This document shows positions 17,892 through 28,225 of a stretch of DNA of 50,692 bases, piece by piece. Each line of letters starts with the position of its first letter. Positions within the stretch are counted from its first letter, which is position 1. The stretch is from Rubricoccaceae bacterium. Lineage in GTDB: Bacteria > Actinomycetota > Actinomycetes > S36-B12. Made by a program: the position numbers and the translations under genes. Where the stretch lies: positions 1 to 50,692 of the forward strand of contig JBEIHR010000003.1 in assembly GCA_040381195.1 (NCBI GenBank). The letters run 5' to 3'. The notes below the pieces were generated by a model, which worked only from the letters and a program-made list of their open reading frames with translations, searched no databases and was not told the DNA's origin.

Positions 17892-20800
17892 GTGCCCCGG
17901 CGAATTTCCTATGCGCAGAATGGGGAGGACGTCCGTATCTGGCATGCGTTCGGTCCGCGACTACCCGGCCAGCACATCACACCCGCCTGCGGGCCACGGA
18001 CCTACGTCGACGTCGGCGCCAATGAGCCATGGCGCATGTCCGTCACCGCTGCGCTCTACGAATCTGGGTGGCGGGGGCTCCTGGTGGAAGCTGACCCTGA
18101 CCTTGCACGTGAACTGCGCGCGGCGCGCCTCGGCGACACCGTGGCGGAAGTGATCGCAGCCTCGTCCCATGGCGTCGTCACGTTTTACCGCGTCCCGGGC
18201 ACCGGACTCGGCACCACCGACGTTGCGGAGGCAGCCGCAGCAGCCGAACGCGGATTCGCGATCGCGGAGGTTCAGATCGAAACCGCGCCGCTCGACCATG
18301 TGTTGGACCACTTCGTTGGCCAGTCGGGACGCACCCGTATTGACGTGATGTCGATCGACGTGGAGGGTGCCGAGGGTGAGGTACTTCGGGGGTTGTCCCT
18401 GGACAGGCACCGACCAGTGGTGCTGTGCATCGAGTCAGTGTCTCCCGGCACGGATACTCCATCCCACGAAGTGTGGGATCCCTACGTGCGAAGTCGTGAA
18501 TACCGCTTCGTCTCCTTCGATGGGGTGAATCGCTGGTATGTGGACGAGCACCACGCCGACTCCGATGTGGGCTCCGATGCGGGAGCGCCCCAGGGGACCA
18601 CGATCGCCGAGGCGATCGCCACCCCCTTCCACGTGATTGACGTCGGCGCCTATGGCTGGCGCGCCGAGGAGGTCGAACGGCTCGCCGATGCCCGGCATCG
18701 TGCCGAGCGGCGCAACGCCTGGTTTCGCGAACTGACACGCGGCGAACGAGCGACCGCGGTTCCCCGCGAGGAGTACCTCCGTCAAATCGATGAGCTCAGG
18801 ACGGCCCTTGTGGGCATCCAGGGCAGCCGTACCTACCGCGGCAGTCGAGTTATCGCCCATGCGGGGGGGAGAATCCTTCACGTGCTGCACCGCATCATGT
18901 CGTCGCTGCCAGCCCCCCTAGCCCGCCGACTCACGCGGGAACGTCACTTGAGGCACGTAGCGATCAATATGGAGCACTTGACGGACCCGGCATACCTGGG
19001 TCGAGCGCCTGCGGATGTCATCACGTGGGGCGCGGACGCGCTACGACCTCCGATGCCGCCCGGTCTCGATACGGGGGCACTTGACGACGTCGCGCCGCTG
19101 CGGCGTTGGCTCGACGAAAACCCCTGCGATGACGATGCCAGTCTCGACGCGAGAATGGACAACCTCGATGACGAGGTTGGTCGGGTTCAACGGGCTCTTC
19201 GAACGCGCATTCGCCTGCACGGATCTGACAACACCCCCGCCGACACCCCTGGGCGCCGCATCGTCTTCGACGCTCGCAGCCTTCAATCGACGGAGTTCGG
19301 ATTGCGTGGAATCGGTCGGTTCGCTCGGACCGCGCTACTTGCCGCGCGGGCGGAAGTCGGAGACGAACGCATCAGCCTCATCATTGACCCGGGTCTGCCC
19401 CCTCTGCCCGAGGACCTCGCGGGGGCCTGCACGCAGATCCGTCGCGTCACCCCTGCCGAGGCGCCAATGTTCGGTTCGCTGATTCAACCATCCCCGATGA
19501 CCCACCCACCGGATCCGATCATTTCCCTCCTCACCACGGGTGTGCGCTCTCTGGCGATCGTCTACGACTTCATTCCCCTGCACTATCCGACCATCTACCT
19601 CGCACATGCCGCACCGCGTGCCGAGTACGCGGCCAACCTCGATGCTCTACGTCGATACCGCGACTTCGTGTGTATTTCCGAGACAACGCGGAGCGAGCTC
19701 GCTCGAGCATTGGGCCTATCGGAGACGGAGCCACGCATCGAAAGGAGCAGAGTTGCCTGGCCACGAGGCATCACGGAGAACTCGGTCGCAGCGGTTCATC
19801 GCGACCAGCGTGAAGGTCCCATCGTGATCATGACGGGCGATGAGCCACGCAAGAACACCTTTGGAGGTCTCGCAGGGGTAGCGGCCGCCACGAGCGACCA
19901 ACGCTCCCGGGATGTGGTTGTGATCGGAATGGCTGGTCAAGGTGATCGCGTGCACCACTGGTCTATAGCTGCGGCCATGCGCCCAGGGGAGGCTCGGACC
20001 TTGGGCAGAATCGACGACGACGAGCTACGTGAAGTCCTCACCCGTGCCGCCTGCGTGGTCGTCCCGAGCTTCGACGAAGGCCTCTCACTTCCCGTTATCG
20101 AGGCGGTACAGGTAGGTACCCCCGTCGTGGCAAGTGAAATCGCGTCGCACCGGGAACTCCTGGGACGTTCACGCCTCTTCGACCCGAGCAGCCCACGCAG
20201 CATCTCCCGTGCGGTGCGGCGCGCCCTGCGCGGCGGTGGAGATACCAGCCGCCAGCGGCGGGCACTCTCCGCGCACCCACATGTGGACCTCGAGGAGGTC
20301 ATCACCGAATTCACCCGCCCCTCTTCAGGTGCGTCGCACGTGACATCGGTGATTCGCCCCAGGAGCGAACGGCTCAGCATTGGAGTCATGACACCGTGGA
20401 CGCCACAGCGTTCCGGAGTCGCGGACTTCTCCACGACGGTCTTCGAAGAATTGTCGAAACTTGCGGACGTCACCGTCTACACCACGTCCGGTGCGGAGTT
20501 CACGATCCCAGGGATGACACATCGATCGATAACACACGTGTTCGATGACCCCGCTGCTGTAAGTGCCGAGCATGACCTACTGATTTCTGTCGTTGGCAAT
20601 AGTCATTTTCACCTACCAATGGTCAAGGCACTGGAACACGTGAATGCGCTCGTGGTTGCGCATGACACGCGAATGGTCGAGTTCTACCTAGCCCTACGCG
20701 GAGAAGGTGGCGCAGCAGCTGTGCTCCAGCGCACATGCGATCCCGGCGCACCGGGGGGAATACAACCCCCCTTAGCCGAACAGATTGCCGATATGCGTCT

Positions 20801-21560
20801 GCTACAGAACGCTGGTATGTGGGAGGTGGCACGTAGATCCACGGGTCTCGTTCTGCATTCGCCGATATCCAAAGACCGCATTGCGCGCGAGACGGGAGTC
20901 TCTCCCGTCGTGCTCCCCTTCGCCAACCAGCGCGTTCCCGCTGTACCGCCCAGTCGCGACGAGCGCCGCGCCGCGCGTCGGCGCGTGGGGATGGGCGACG
21001 TGCCCCCGGATACCGTTGTCCTTGGCACCTTCGGATACGTCGATACCCGAACCAAGTTGACCGATGTGGTCCTCGAAGCAGCGGGTTGGCTGACCTCGTG
21101 GGGACGATCCATTGTGTTGACTATCGTCGGGGCGGCGTCCGATCAGCAACGTCGTGAGTTGTCCGAGCGTGCCCACCATCTGGGCCTAGCGGGGTTCTCT
21201 GTCACCGGCTTCCAAACTGAGGACCAGTTCCAAGATTGGTTGCTTGCGATAGATCTCGGTGTCCAATTGAGAATCAGTCCCCTACTGGGCGTGAGTGGAC
21301 CGTTGAGTGACCTCGCGGCATTCGGTACTCCGGCAGTGGCAAGTGCTGGTCTCTGCGTGGATGTTGATACACCCGCGTACATCTATGCGTTACCCGACGA
21401 CGTAAGCCCGGTCATCGTCGCCGAGGGAGTCGAGTCGGCACTGGCCCACGAGGTGGACCCGGAGGAGCGGGAGCGGGCCCGGCGCGAGTACCTGGACCGC
21501 ATGTCGTCTGCGCACTATGCGGAGCAACTCCTCATCGAGTGCGAAAGGTTGCTTGCATGA
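17892..21560 (+). CDS. FkbM-family methyltransferase fused to tandem GT4 domains (WbdD/WbdA-like)
   Basis: ISYAQNGED, YVDVGANEP, SIDVEGAE, FDGVNRWY (FkbM); IVFDARSLQ..RGIGRF and PSFDEGLSLPVIEA (GT4 1); TPWTPQRSGVADFS, GNSHFH (GT4 2). Confidence 0.88.
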   Translation: MPRRISYAQNGEDVRIWHAFGPRLPGQHITPACGPRTYVDVGANEPWRMSVTAALYESGWRGLLVEADPDLARELRAARLGDTVAEVIAASSHGVVTFYRVPGTGLGTTDVAEAAAAAERGFAIAEVQIETAPLDHVLDHFVGQSGRTRIDVMSIDVEGAEGEVLRGLSLDRHRPVVLCIESVSPGTDTPSHEVWDPYVRSREYRFVSFDGVNRWYVDEHHADSDVGSDAGAPQGTTIAEAIATPFHVIDVGAYGWRAEEVERLADARHRAERRNAWFRELTRGERATAVPREEYLRQIDELRTALVGIQGSRTYRGSRVIAHAGGRILHVLHRIMSSLPAPLARRLTRERHLRHVAINMEHLTDPAYLGRAPADVITWGADALRPPMPPGLDTGALDDVAPLRRWLDENPCDDDASLDARMDNLDDEVGRVQRALRTRIRLHGSDNTPADTPGRRIVFDARSLQSTEFGLRGIGRFARTALLAARAEVGDERISLIIDPGLPPLPEDLAGACTQIRRVTPAEAPMFGSLIQPSPMTHPPDPIISLLTTGVRSLAIVYDFIPLHYPTIYLAHAAPRAEYAANLDALRRYRDFVCISETTRSELARALGLSETEPRIERSRVAWPRGITENSVAAVHRDQREGPIVIMTGDEPRKNTFGGLAGVAAATSDQRSRDVVVIGMAGQGDRVHHWSIAAAMRPGEARTLGRIDDDELREVLTRAACVVVPSFDEGLSLPVIEAVQVGTPVVASEIASHRELLGRSRLFDPSSPRSISRAVRRALRGGGDTSRQRRALSAHPHVDLEEVITEFTRPSSGASHVTSVIRPRSERLSIGVMTPWTPQRSGVADFSTTVFEELSKLADVTVYTTSGAEFTIPGMTHRSITHVFDDPAAVSAEHDLLISVVGNSHFHLPMVKALEHVNALVVAHDTRMVEFYLALRGEGGAAAVLQRTCDPGAPGGIQPPLAEQIADMRLLQNAGMWEVARRSTGLVLHSPISKDRIARETGVSPVVLPFANQRVPAVPPSRDERRAARRRVGMGDVPPDTVVLGTFGYVDTRTKLTDVVLEAAGWLTSWGRSIVLTIVGAASDQQRRELSERAHHLGLAGFSVTGFQTEDQFQDWLLAIDLGVQLRISPLLGVSGPLSDLAAFGTPAVASAGLCVDVDTPAYIYALPDDVSPVIVAEGVESALAHEVDPEERERARREYLDRMSSAHYAEQLLIECERLLA

Positions 21561-22357
21561 TCAGCAACCCGCGGGGACGAACCGTTGCGGTGGTCCAGGC
21601 ACGAATGGGATCTACCCGATTCCCGGGCAAAGTCGTGGCGCCGATTTCTGGCGAGCCCATGATCCTGCGACAACTTGCGCGTGTGCGACGTGCTCGCCGA
21701 GTTGACGAACTGGTCGTCGCCGTCCCCGATTCATCGACGGATGACGACCTCGCACGTGTCTGCGGAGACGCCGACTACTTGGTGGTCCGAGGGGAGGTGG
21801 ATGATGTCCTGAGCAGGTTCTTGGTCGCCGCGGATGCCTCAAACGCCCGCGTCATCGTGCGTATCACTGCCGACTGCCCACTCATCTCTCCTCGCATCAT
21901 CGATTATGTGATTGATTCCTTCCACTCGTCTGATGCCGACTATGTGTCCAACACTCTCGAGCCAACGTATCCCGATGGCCTCGATGTCGAAGTCGTGACA
22001 TCGGAGGCGCTTCATGCTGTTGCGAGCACCTCGGTCGATGCGGCGGAGCGAGAGCATGTGACCCTGGGCGTGTACCGACACCCCGAGCGCTTCACGGTGC
22101 GAAATGTCGTAGACCAATCGGGCGCCGACAATTCCGACCTGCGCTGGACTGTGGACACTCCACAAGATCTCGAGTTTGTGCGAGGGATCTATAACCTGTT
22201 ATTGCCGGCTGAGCCCGAGTTCGAGTACGAGGACATCCTCGCGGTTGTTGAACAGCGGGCTGATTTGCGCCGGGATGCTAGTTCGGGAAGGCGAAATGCT
22301 GCCCTGGACGGCCTCGATACCGGTGCGATGCGACATGGGCGGGGTGGCAGCGCATGA
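21557..22357 (+). CDS. SpsF/PseF-like acylneuraminate cytidylyltransferase family protein
   Basis: VQARMGSTRFPGK, VRITADCP, YPDGLDVEV, REHVT, RWTVDT; ATGA coupling. Confidence 0.9.
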   Translation: MISNPRGRTVAVVQARMGSTRFPGKVVAPISGEPMILRQLARVRRARRVDELVVAVPDSSTDDDLARVCGDADYLVVRGEVDDVLSRFLVAADASNARVIVRITADCPLISPRIIDYVIDSFHSSDADYVSNTLEPTYPDGLDVEVVTSEALHAVASTSVDAAEREHVTLGVYRHPERFTVRNVVDQSGADNSDLRWTVDTPQDLEFVRGIYNLLLPAEPEFEYEDILAVVEQRADLRRDASSGRRNAALDGLDTGAMRHGRGGSA

Positions 22358-23505
22358 GGCATGTGGGAATCGACCTCGAACAGTTCGTCACGGATCCGTA
22401 TACCTCGGGAATCCAGAGGGTTCTTCAATACCTCGCCCGCGAGTGGCCGATGGAAACCGCTACCTGCGCCTTCGTTGTCCCCTGGGAGGACGGGTATCTG
22501 CTCCTCACACCAGAGCAAGCATCGACGCTGATAGATCCTGCCTTCGACGCCGCGGATACCGACTCGATGCGCGCGGGCGTCTGGTCGCGAGTGCAGGAGT
22601 TGTCCAATGGTGCACCCCGTGTCAGTGCGAGCGGCATGCTCGGCCACTTTGACTCGTGGCTGATGCCGGAGGTTTCCTACCTGCCTCAGGTCCTCGAGCG
22701 GCTCACGATGGTGCAAGAGTCCATGCCCTGCGTCATGATCGGCTACGACGCGCTGCCCATGACCGACCCATCGAATTATCGATTTCGACCGGGAACCGCT
22801 GCGAGAGTCAGCGACTATTTCCGCCGACTGTCGTCGGCATCCTCGGTCGTATGCATTTCGGAGTACTCCAGGCAAGCACTTCTTCGGCGACTTCGACGTG
22901 ATCCAGGGCTCCCCATATCGGTGGCTCACCCTGGCGGCGATCACATCCCTGCCTCGATGATGCCTCGAGTCGCAGGCTCCCCGATTCATTTCCTGCGAGT
23001 GGGAACATTGGAATCGAGGAAGAGGCCTCAGGAGGTGGCGGAGGCTTTTCTCGCAGCGCGCAAGATCGGGATCAACGCGCGACTCACATTCATCGGTCGA
23101 CCATCTGCTTCGGATGCGCGACTCAACAGGGCAGTGCTGTCTGCCTGCGTCCAGGACCCAGCCATCGAGTGGATTGAGTCTGCGACGGATGAATATGTGC
23201 GGCACGCGTTGGCCGGTGCTGACGTCTTCCTGTCCGTGGGGACCGAGGGGTACGGGATCCCCGTGCTCGAGGCGATTCGGCTCGGGACTCCGGTGCTCTT
23301 CGGCGGAATTCAGCCTGCCGGCGACATCATGGTGGGCCATGGGTCTCGCGATCTAGGGGACCCTTCCATCGACGACCTGGTTCAGGCCTTCACGACCTAT
23401 TCCGATGCGTCGGAAGCCTCAGCCCTTCGGTCGGAGGTCGACCCCGAGGCAGTTCCGCGCTGGCGAGACTTCACGCACGCCGTAGCCCGCGCCTGCGTCG
23501 GATAG
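22354..23505 (+). CDS. GT4 glycosyltransferase
   Basis: IDLEQF..SGIQRV, VGTLESRK, EGYGIPVLEA. Confidence 0.87.
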   Translation: MRHVGIDLEQFVTDPYTSGIQRVLQYLAREWPMETATCAFVVPWEDGYLLLTPEQASTLIDPAFDAADTDSMRAGVWSRVQELSNGAPRVSASGMLGHFDSWLMPEVSYLPQVLERLTMVQESMPCVMIGYDALPMTDPSNYRFRPGTAARVSDYFRRLSSASSVVCISEYSRQALLRRLRRDPGLPISVAHPGGDHIPASMMPRVAGSPIHFLRVGTLESRKRPQEVAEAFLAARKIGINARLTFIGRPSASDARLNRAVLSACVQDPAIEWIESATDEYVRHALAGADVFLSVGTEGYGIPVLEAIRLGTPVLFGGIQPAGDIMVGHGSRDLGDPSIDDLVQAFTTYSDASEASALRSEVDPEAVPRWRDFTHAVARACVG

Positions 23506-23508
23506 CGT
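23503..23508 (+). promoter_or_regulatory. Putative -10 element TAGCGT overlapping the upstream stop codon, leaderless start at 23515
   Basis: TANNNT 6 nt before GTG. Confidence 0.5.
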
Positions 23509-23514
23509 TACTCG

Positions 23515-24237
23515 GTGATGACCACACGAACGCTCGTGGCGATCCCAGCCTGGAACGAGGAGGGATCGATAGCCGACGTCATTCACAAGGTGCGGCTTCA
23601 CCAACCCGGAGTGGACATTCTCGTCGTTGATGATGGTTCCGCCGACCGTACCGCTGAACGCGCGAACGAGTCCGGGGCGACAGTCGTCTCGCTGCCCTTC
23701 AACGTGGGTGTCGGAGGAGCGATGCGGACCGCTTTTCTCTACGCACGACGCCACCGGTACGCGGCCGTGGTGCAGGTGGACGCCGATGGACAGCATGACC
23801 CGGCAGACCTGGATCGCGTGCTGGCCGGACTGTCGGAAGCGGACATCGTTGTGGGAACCCGTTTCCATCCGCAGTCGATGTACTTCGTCGGGGGTCCCCG
23901 ACGGTGGGCGATGGTGATGCTGAGCAAGGCGTTATCGCGGATGAATCGCAGCACCATCTCGGATCCCACGAGTGGATTCCGCGCGGCCGGCCCCCGAGCC
24001 ATCGAATTGTTCGCCGTCGACTATCCCGCGGATTACCTCGGGGATACGGTCGGCTCCCTGGCGATCGCCATCAGGCGAGGTTTGACCATCAACGAGACTC
24101 CCGTGACGATGTACTTCCGACAAGTGGGTCGACCGAGCAAGAACGCCCTCTGGTCCGCTCTATACCTCGGCCGAGCCTCGCTGGCAATTCTCGCGACGTC
24201 CCTCAAGGGTCGAACTCCCCGGACGGACGCGTCATGA
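23515..24237 (+). CDS. DPM1-like GT2 (polyprenol-phosphate glycosyltransferase)
   Basis: IPAWNEE, VVDDGS, NVGVGGA, VDADGQHDP, DPTSGFR. Confidence 0.9.
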   Translation: MMTTRTLVAIPAWNEEGSIADVIHKVRLHQPGVDILVVDDGSADRTAERANESGATVVSLPFNVGVGGAMRTAFLYARRHRYAAVVQVDADGQHDPADLDRVLAGLSEADIVVGTRFHPQSMYFVGGPRRWAMVMLSKALSRMNRSTISDPTSGFRAAGPRAIELFAVDYPADYLGDTVGSLAIAIRRGLTINETPVTMYFRQVGRPSKNALWSALYLGRASLAILATSLKGRTPRTDAS

Positions 24238-24584
24238 CCGCCAGCATCCTCGCGGCCGTCGCATCCATCGTGACCTTCATCTTCGTCTTCTTCCTCCTCC
24301 GTCGTGGCGTGCTGAGGGAGAAGTACGCGGTTCTGTGGCTGCTGGTCTCCGGCGTGGCTCTGATCCTCGCTCTCTTCCCCGCACTCGTCCAGCGTCTGTC
24401 GGCTGCTCTCGGGGTTCAGACTCCCTCCAACCTGCTGTTCTTCGTCACCGTCGTGCTTCTCGTCCTAGTCAGTGTGCAGCTCAGTTATGAGCCGAGTCGC
24501 CACGAGATGCGTATTCGGCGTCTTGCCGAGGAGGTTGCGCTGCTACAGCGTGAAATCCATGAGTCTCGTCGTGAGGAGTCGTGA
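24234..24584 (+). CDS. DUF2304 family small membrane protein
   Basis: LRRGVLREKYAVLW, LGVQTPSNLLF, IRRLAEEVAL; typical pairing downstream of a DPM1-like GT2; ATGA coupling. Confidence 0.88.
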   Translation: MTASILAAVASIVTFIFVFFLLRRGVLREKYAVLWLLVSGVALILALFPALVQRLSAALGVQTPSNLLFFVTVVLLVLVSVQLSYEPSRHEMRIRRLAEEVALLQREIHESRREES

Positions 24585-25525
24585 CGGGTATCGCTGGCGA
24601 GACGGTGGAGGAACCTGTTCTGATCATGGCCTTCAACCGGCCCGGTCACCTGCACCGACTAGTGGACCGCCTTCGGGAGGTCCAACCACGCAGAATCTTC
24701 GTCGCCCTGGATGGCCCGAGGGCACATGTGCCCGGCGAAAGCGAGCGAGTCCAGCAATGCCGTGATGAGATCGACAGAATCGACTGGCCCTGTTCGATTG
24801 AGAAGCTCTACCAGTCGGAGAATCTCGGTTGCGGGCGCGGTGTGAGTACTGCGGTCACGTGGTTCTTCCAACATGTCGAACGGGGGATCATCCTCGAGGA
24901 CGACATCATCCCGGTGCCCTCTTTCTTCCCCTTCTGTTCGGAATTGCTGACCCGGTATGCCGATGACCCACGAGTTTTTGCTATTTCTGGCTGCAACTTT
25001 GTACCGCCGTCCGACCAATCACGCCCAGATCTCCCATACCGCTTCAGCCAGGTCCCGCATATCTGGGGGTGGGCCACCTGGCGTCGCACCTGGGAGCGCT
25101 ACACCTGGGACATCGCAGGGTGGCCGGCGAGGTTGCCGCCAACGCGTCTGTGGACTCGCTCTGGGCACTCACTTTCTGGCGCCGTGTACTGGGGTAGCAC
25201 CTTCGAGCTGCTCGCCCGAAAACAGGTAGATACCTGGGACGGTCAACTTGTCCTTCTCAGCATGATTCAGGGGCAGTGGACTGCAACAAGCAACGCCAAC
25301 CTGATCGAGAACATCGGGTTCGGCGCCGATGCCACCCACACGCACGAGGATCGCAACGACCTCCAACCCCTCGGTCGGGTATCTCTCCCTCTAGCTGACG
25401 TCCCGGTTGAGTTGGACTCGCGGGCCGATCGCTGGACGAGACGACACCATTTCCACTCAGACTGGCGCGGTATCTTCCGACAGGCTCAGACGTACCTCCG
25501 CCACCGAGGAAGGCAGGCATCGTGA
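24581..25525 (+). CDS. GT-A nucleotide-diphospho-sugar transferase (HlpA-like family)
   Basis: [36 protein letters not shown]. Confidence 0.85.
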   Translation: MTGIAGETVEEPVLIMAFNRPGHLHRLVDRLREVQPRRIFVALDGPRAHVPGESERVQQCRDEIDRIDWPCSIEKLYQSENLGCGRGVSTAVTWFFQHVERGIILEDDIIPVPSFFPFCSELLTRYADDPRVFAISGCNFVPPSDQSRPDLPYRFSQVPHIWGWATWRRTWERYTWDIAGWPARLPPTRLWTRSGHSLSGAVYWGSTFELLARKQVDTWDGQLVLLSMIQGQWTATSNANLIENIGFGADATHTHEDRNDLQPLGRVSLPLADVPVELDSRADRWTRRHHFHSDWRGIFRQAQTYLRHRGRQAS

Positions 25526-26469
25526 GTATCTCGACAGGGCGGGCCTTGGTCACGGGCGGAGCCGGGTTCATCGGCTCACACTTGTGTGAGCGACTTCTGA
25601 ATGACGGTTACGACGTCCTGTGCGTCGATAACTACTACTCCTCGACTCGGGACAACATCACGCACCTGGTAGACAACCCTCACTTCGAGGTCGTTCGCCA
25701 CGACGTGACCTTTCCGCTCTATGTCGAAGTCGATGAGATCTATCACCTCGCGTGCCCGGCGAGCCCAGTCCACTATCAGCGCGATCCCGTGCAAACGACG
25801 AAGACGGCGGTGCACGGGTCCATCAACATGCTTGGTCTTGCGAAACGAACCGGTGCAAAAATCCTGCTCACGAGCACCTCAGAGGTATATGGCGATCCGA
25901 TGGTGCATCCTCAGACCGAGGAGTACTGGGGCAACGTCAATCCCATCGGACCCCGGGCCTGTTATGACGAGGGGAAGCGGTGCGCGGAGACTCTGTTCTT
26001 CGACTACCACCGGCAACACGACTTAAGGATCAAGGTCGTGCGTCTGTTCAACACATACGGGCCGCGCATGCATCCGCATGATGGTCGTGTTGTCTCGAAC
26101 TTCATCGTCAGTGCACTCACCGGAGCGCCCTTGACCATTTACGGAGAAGGGCAGCAGACGCGATCCTTCTGCTACGTCGACGATCTCGTCGAGGGTTTGG
26201 TCACGATGATGTCGAGTGCCGATGACATCGTCGGACCCATCAACCTCGGAAACCCAGGTGAGTTCACGATCGCGGAGCTCGCGGACAAGGTGCTTGCCTT
26301 GACTGGGAACGTCGTGCCGGTCGAGTACCTTCCGCTGCCTCAGGACGATCCGGTTCGACGTCAACCGGATATCTCCCGTGCAATTCGGGAACTCGGGTGG
26401 CGGCCCACGATCGAACTCGATGAGGGTCTCGTTCGCACCGTCGACTACTTCAAGGCGACCCTGGCCTGA
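25522..26469 (+). CDS. UDP-glucuronate decarboxylase (UDP-xylose synthase)
   Basis: [60 protein letters not shown]. Confidence 0.93.
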   Translation: MSISTGRALVTGGAGFIGSHLCERLLNDGYDVLCVDNYYSSTRDNITHLVDNPHFEVVRHDVTFPLYVEVDEIYHLACPASPVHYQRDPVQTTKTAVHGSINMLGLAKRTGAKILLTSTSEVYGDPMVHPQTEEYWGNVNPIGPRACYDEGKRCAETLFFDYHRQHDLRIKVVRLFNTYGPRMHPHDGRVVSNFIVSALTGAPLTIYGEGQQTRSFCYVDDLVEGLVTMMSSADDIVGPINLGNPGEFTIAELADKVLALTGNVVPVEYLPLPQDDPVRRQPDISRAIRELGWRPTIELDEGLVRTVDYFKATLA

Positions 26470-26471
26470 CC

Positions 26472-28211
26472 ATGCTGATCGTCTCGGGGACCGCCCTGGT
26501 CCTCCTCACGTGGCTGTTGGCGGCTGCACTCCTCATCACGCTGGGCCTCCTCCCCGCGCTCGCGGTTTCCCGTTTCGACCTCCCCTGTACGCGGTCCTCG
26601 GTCATGCGCCGATCCCTATGGTGGGGGCTCGCGCTTGTCGGCGTCACCGTGACGCTGATCAACCTCGTCGTGCCCCTGGGAAGTGCGGCAGCGGCATGGA
26701 TCCTGCTGAGCCTGGTGCTCGTCCTAGGGGTACCCGGCTGGATTCTCCTGCTCCGCACGTGTCGGAGGTCGATCCCGGCACGTGGTGGACCTGCACGAGC
26801 CGTGCTCTGGTGCGCGTTGATCGTGTCGATCGTCTACCTGGCCGTGGCTGCGCTCGGTCCAGCGACCAACTACGACACGGGTTTGTATCACCTGGGTGCC
26901 GTGCGCTACGCCGCGGAGTTCGCAACGATCCCGGGACTGGCCAACCTCTACTTCCCGTTCGGCTATGCCAGCGTCGAGTTCCCCCTCGCGGCAGTCCTCG
27001 GCAACGGACCCTGGCAGCAGGACGGTTTCCGACTGCTCAACGGGCTCATCATGACGATGGCGGCTGCAGACCTCTGGTGGCGATCCCGTGCCCGCATGCA
27101 GGGTCCCGGCTTCTACGTCCTGGGGGTGGGAATCCTGTGCTCCTGGGTCCCACTCGTGGCGCTGAGTGATTTCTGGGTCACGAGCCCAACGCAGGATGCA
27201 TCGGTGTTCGTGCTCACGATCGTTGCCACCGGTTATCTAACCCAGGCTGTCGCTGGCGGCTCCCACTGGCGTGCGGAGGGTGCAACGGCCGCGGTGTTGG
27301 GGATCATGGTGGTGCTGATTCGGCCCACGATGATCGTATGGTCGGCACTCGCGGTGATCGTTTTTGTCATGCTCCTCGTTCGCCGCCGATCAGGATTCAT
27401 GCCACCTGCCATGGTGGTGATTTTTGTAGTGGCTGCCGCTGTTGCGATTGCAGCACGTGATCGAGTTCTCAGTGGATGGCTGCAGTACCCACTCACGCTC
27501 CACGCCTTCGACGTTCCGTGGCGGGCTGTCGATCCCTATTGGGACCGCGCTGCCACTCTCGGGTACCACCGCGACCCGGGTGATCTCTGGGCAGCTGTGG
27601 ACGGATGGGGGTGGCTGGTGCCCTGGCTACGGGACAGGGTGCAGATGTGGGAGACCTCCATGCTCGTCGGTCTCGTCATCGCTGGGGTCATCGCGGTGTG
27701 GCTGACACGCGCACACGGACGCGCACGTCTGCGCGGCAAACAGCTGGCGGTCGCGATGATGCCCAGCATCCTGGGCACCGGCTTCTGGTTGCTCTTCACC
27801 CCACCCTCCTATCGATTCGCCTGGGGCGTGGTCTTCTCCCTGGGCACCATCCCGCTCGGCTGGGCGCTGTGGCGCCTCGCGGAGTCTCATCCAGCCAGGT
27901 ATCGACGACTCACCGCCGTGGGTGTCGCTCTACCGATCCTTCTCGTGACCTGCTTTTCAGCCGGGGCGCGGTTGGACGTGGGATCCATTGGCGAAGGTCG
28001 GGAGTGGAGACTGGCGAGTATCACGATTCCCTACGCGGTGGCCCCTCTCCCTGAGCCTCCCGTGACACCCTTTGTCACGGAATCCGGGCTCGCTCTGAAG
28101 CAGCCCGTCGATTCTGATCAGTGCTGGACCTCGTATTCGCTGTACACCCCACGCCCGACGGCGACCCTCCGCATACGCGGAACGGAAATCGGGGATGGCT
28201 TCCTGCCATAG
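26472..28211 (+). CDS. LIC_10190-like polytopic membrane protein (putative GT-C)
   Basis: NYDTGLYH, PGLANL, SGWLQYP and C-terminal DQCW motifs; many TM helices. Confidence 0.65.
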   Translation: MLIVSGTALVLLTWLLAAALLITLGLLPALAVSRFDLPCTRSSVMRRSLWWGLALVGVTVTLINLVVPLGSAAAAWILLSLVLVLGVPGWILLLRTCRRSIPARGGPARAVLWCALIVSIVYLAVAALGPATNYDTGLYHLGAVRYAAEFATIPGLANLYFPFGYASVEFPLAAVLGNGPWQQDGFRLLNGLIMTMAAADLWWRSRARMQGPGFYVLGVGILCSWVPLVALSDFWVTSPTQDASVFVLTIVATGYLTQAVAGGSHWRAEGATAAVLGIMVVLIRPTMIVWSALAVIVFVMLLVRRRSGFMPPAMVVIFVVAAAVAIAARDRVLSGWLQYPLTLHAFDVPWRAVDPYWDRAATLGYHRDPGDLWAAVDGWGWLVPWLRDRVQMWETSMLVGLVIAGVIAVWLTRAHGRARLRGKQLAVAMMPSILGTGFWLLFTPPSYRFAWGVVFSLGTIPLGWALWRLAESHPARYRRLTAVGVALPILLVTCFSAGARLDVGSIGEGREWRLASITIPYAVAPLPEPPVTPFVTESGLALKQPVDSDQCWTSYSLYTPRPTATLRIRGTEIGDGFLP

Positions 28212-28225
28212 CCACTCCCTTCCGC

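Noticed and set aside
22189-23340. 383-aa antisense ORF and many similar long alternative ORFs (e.g. 45884-46861, 47467-48318)
   Set aside because: Expected shadow ORFs in high-GC DNA, opposite well-supported genes, with no recognisable motifs
24581-25525. 'Hemolytic protein HlpA' label implying a toxin
   Set aside because: Motifs and context are those of a GT-A transferase
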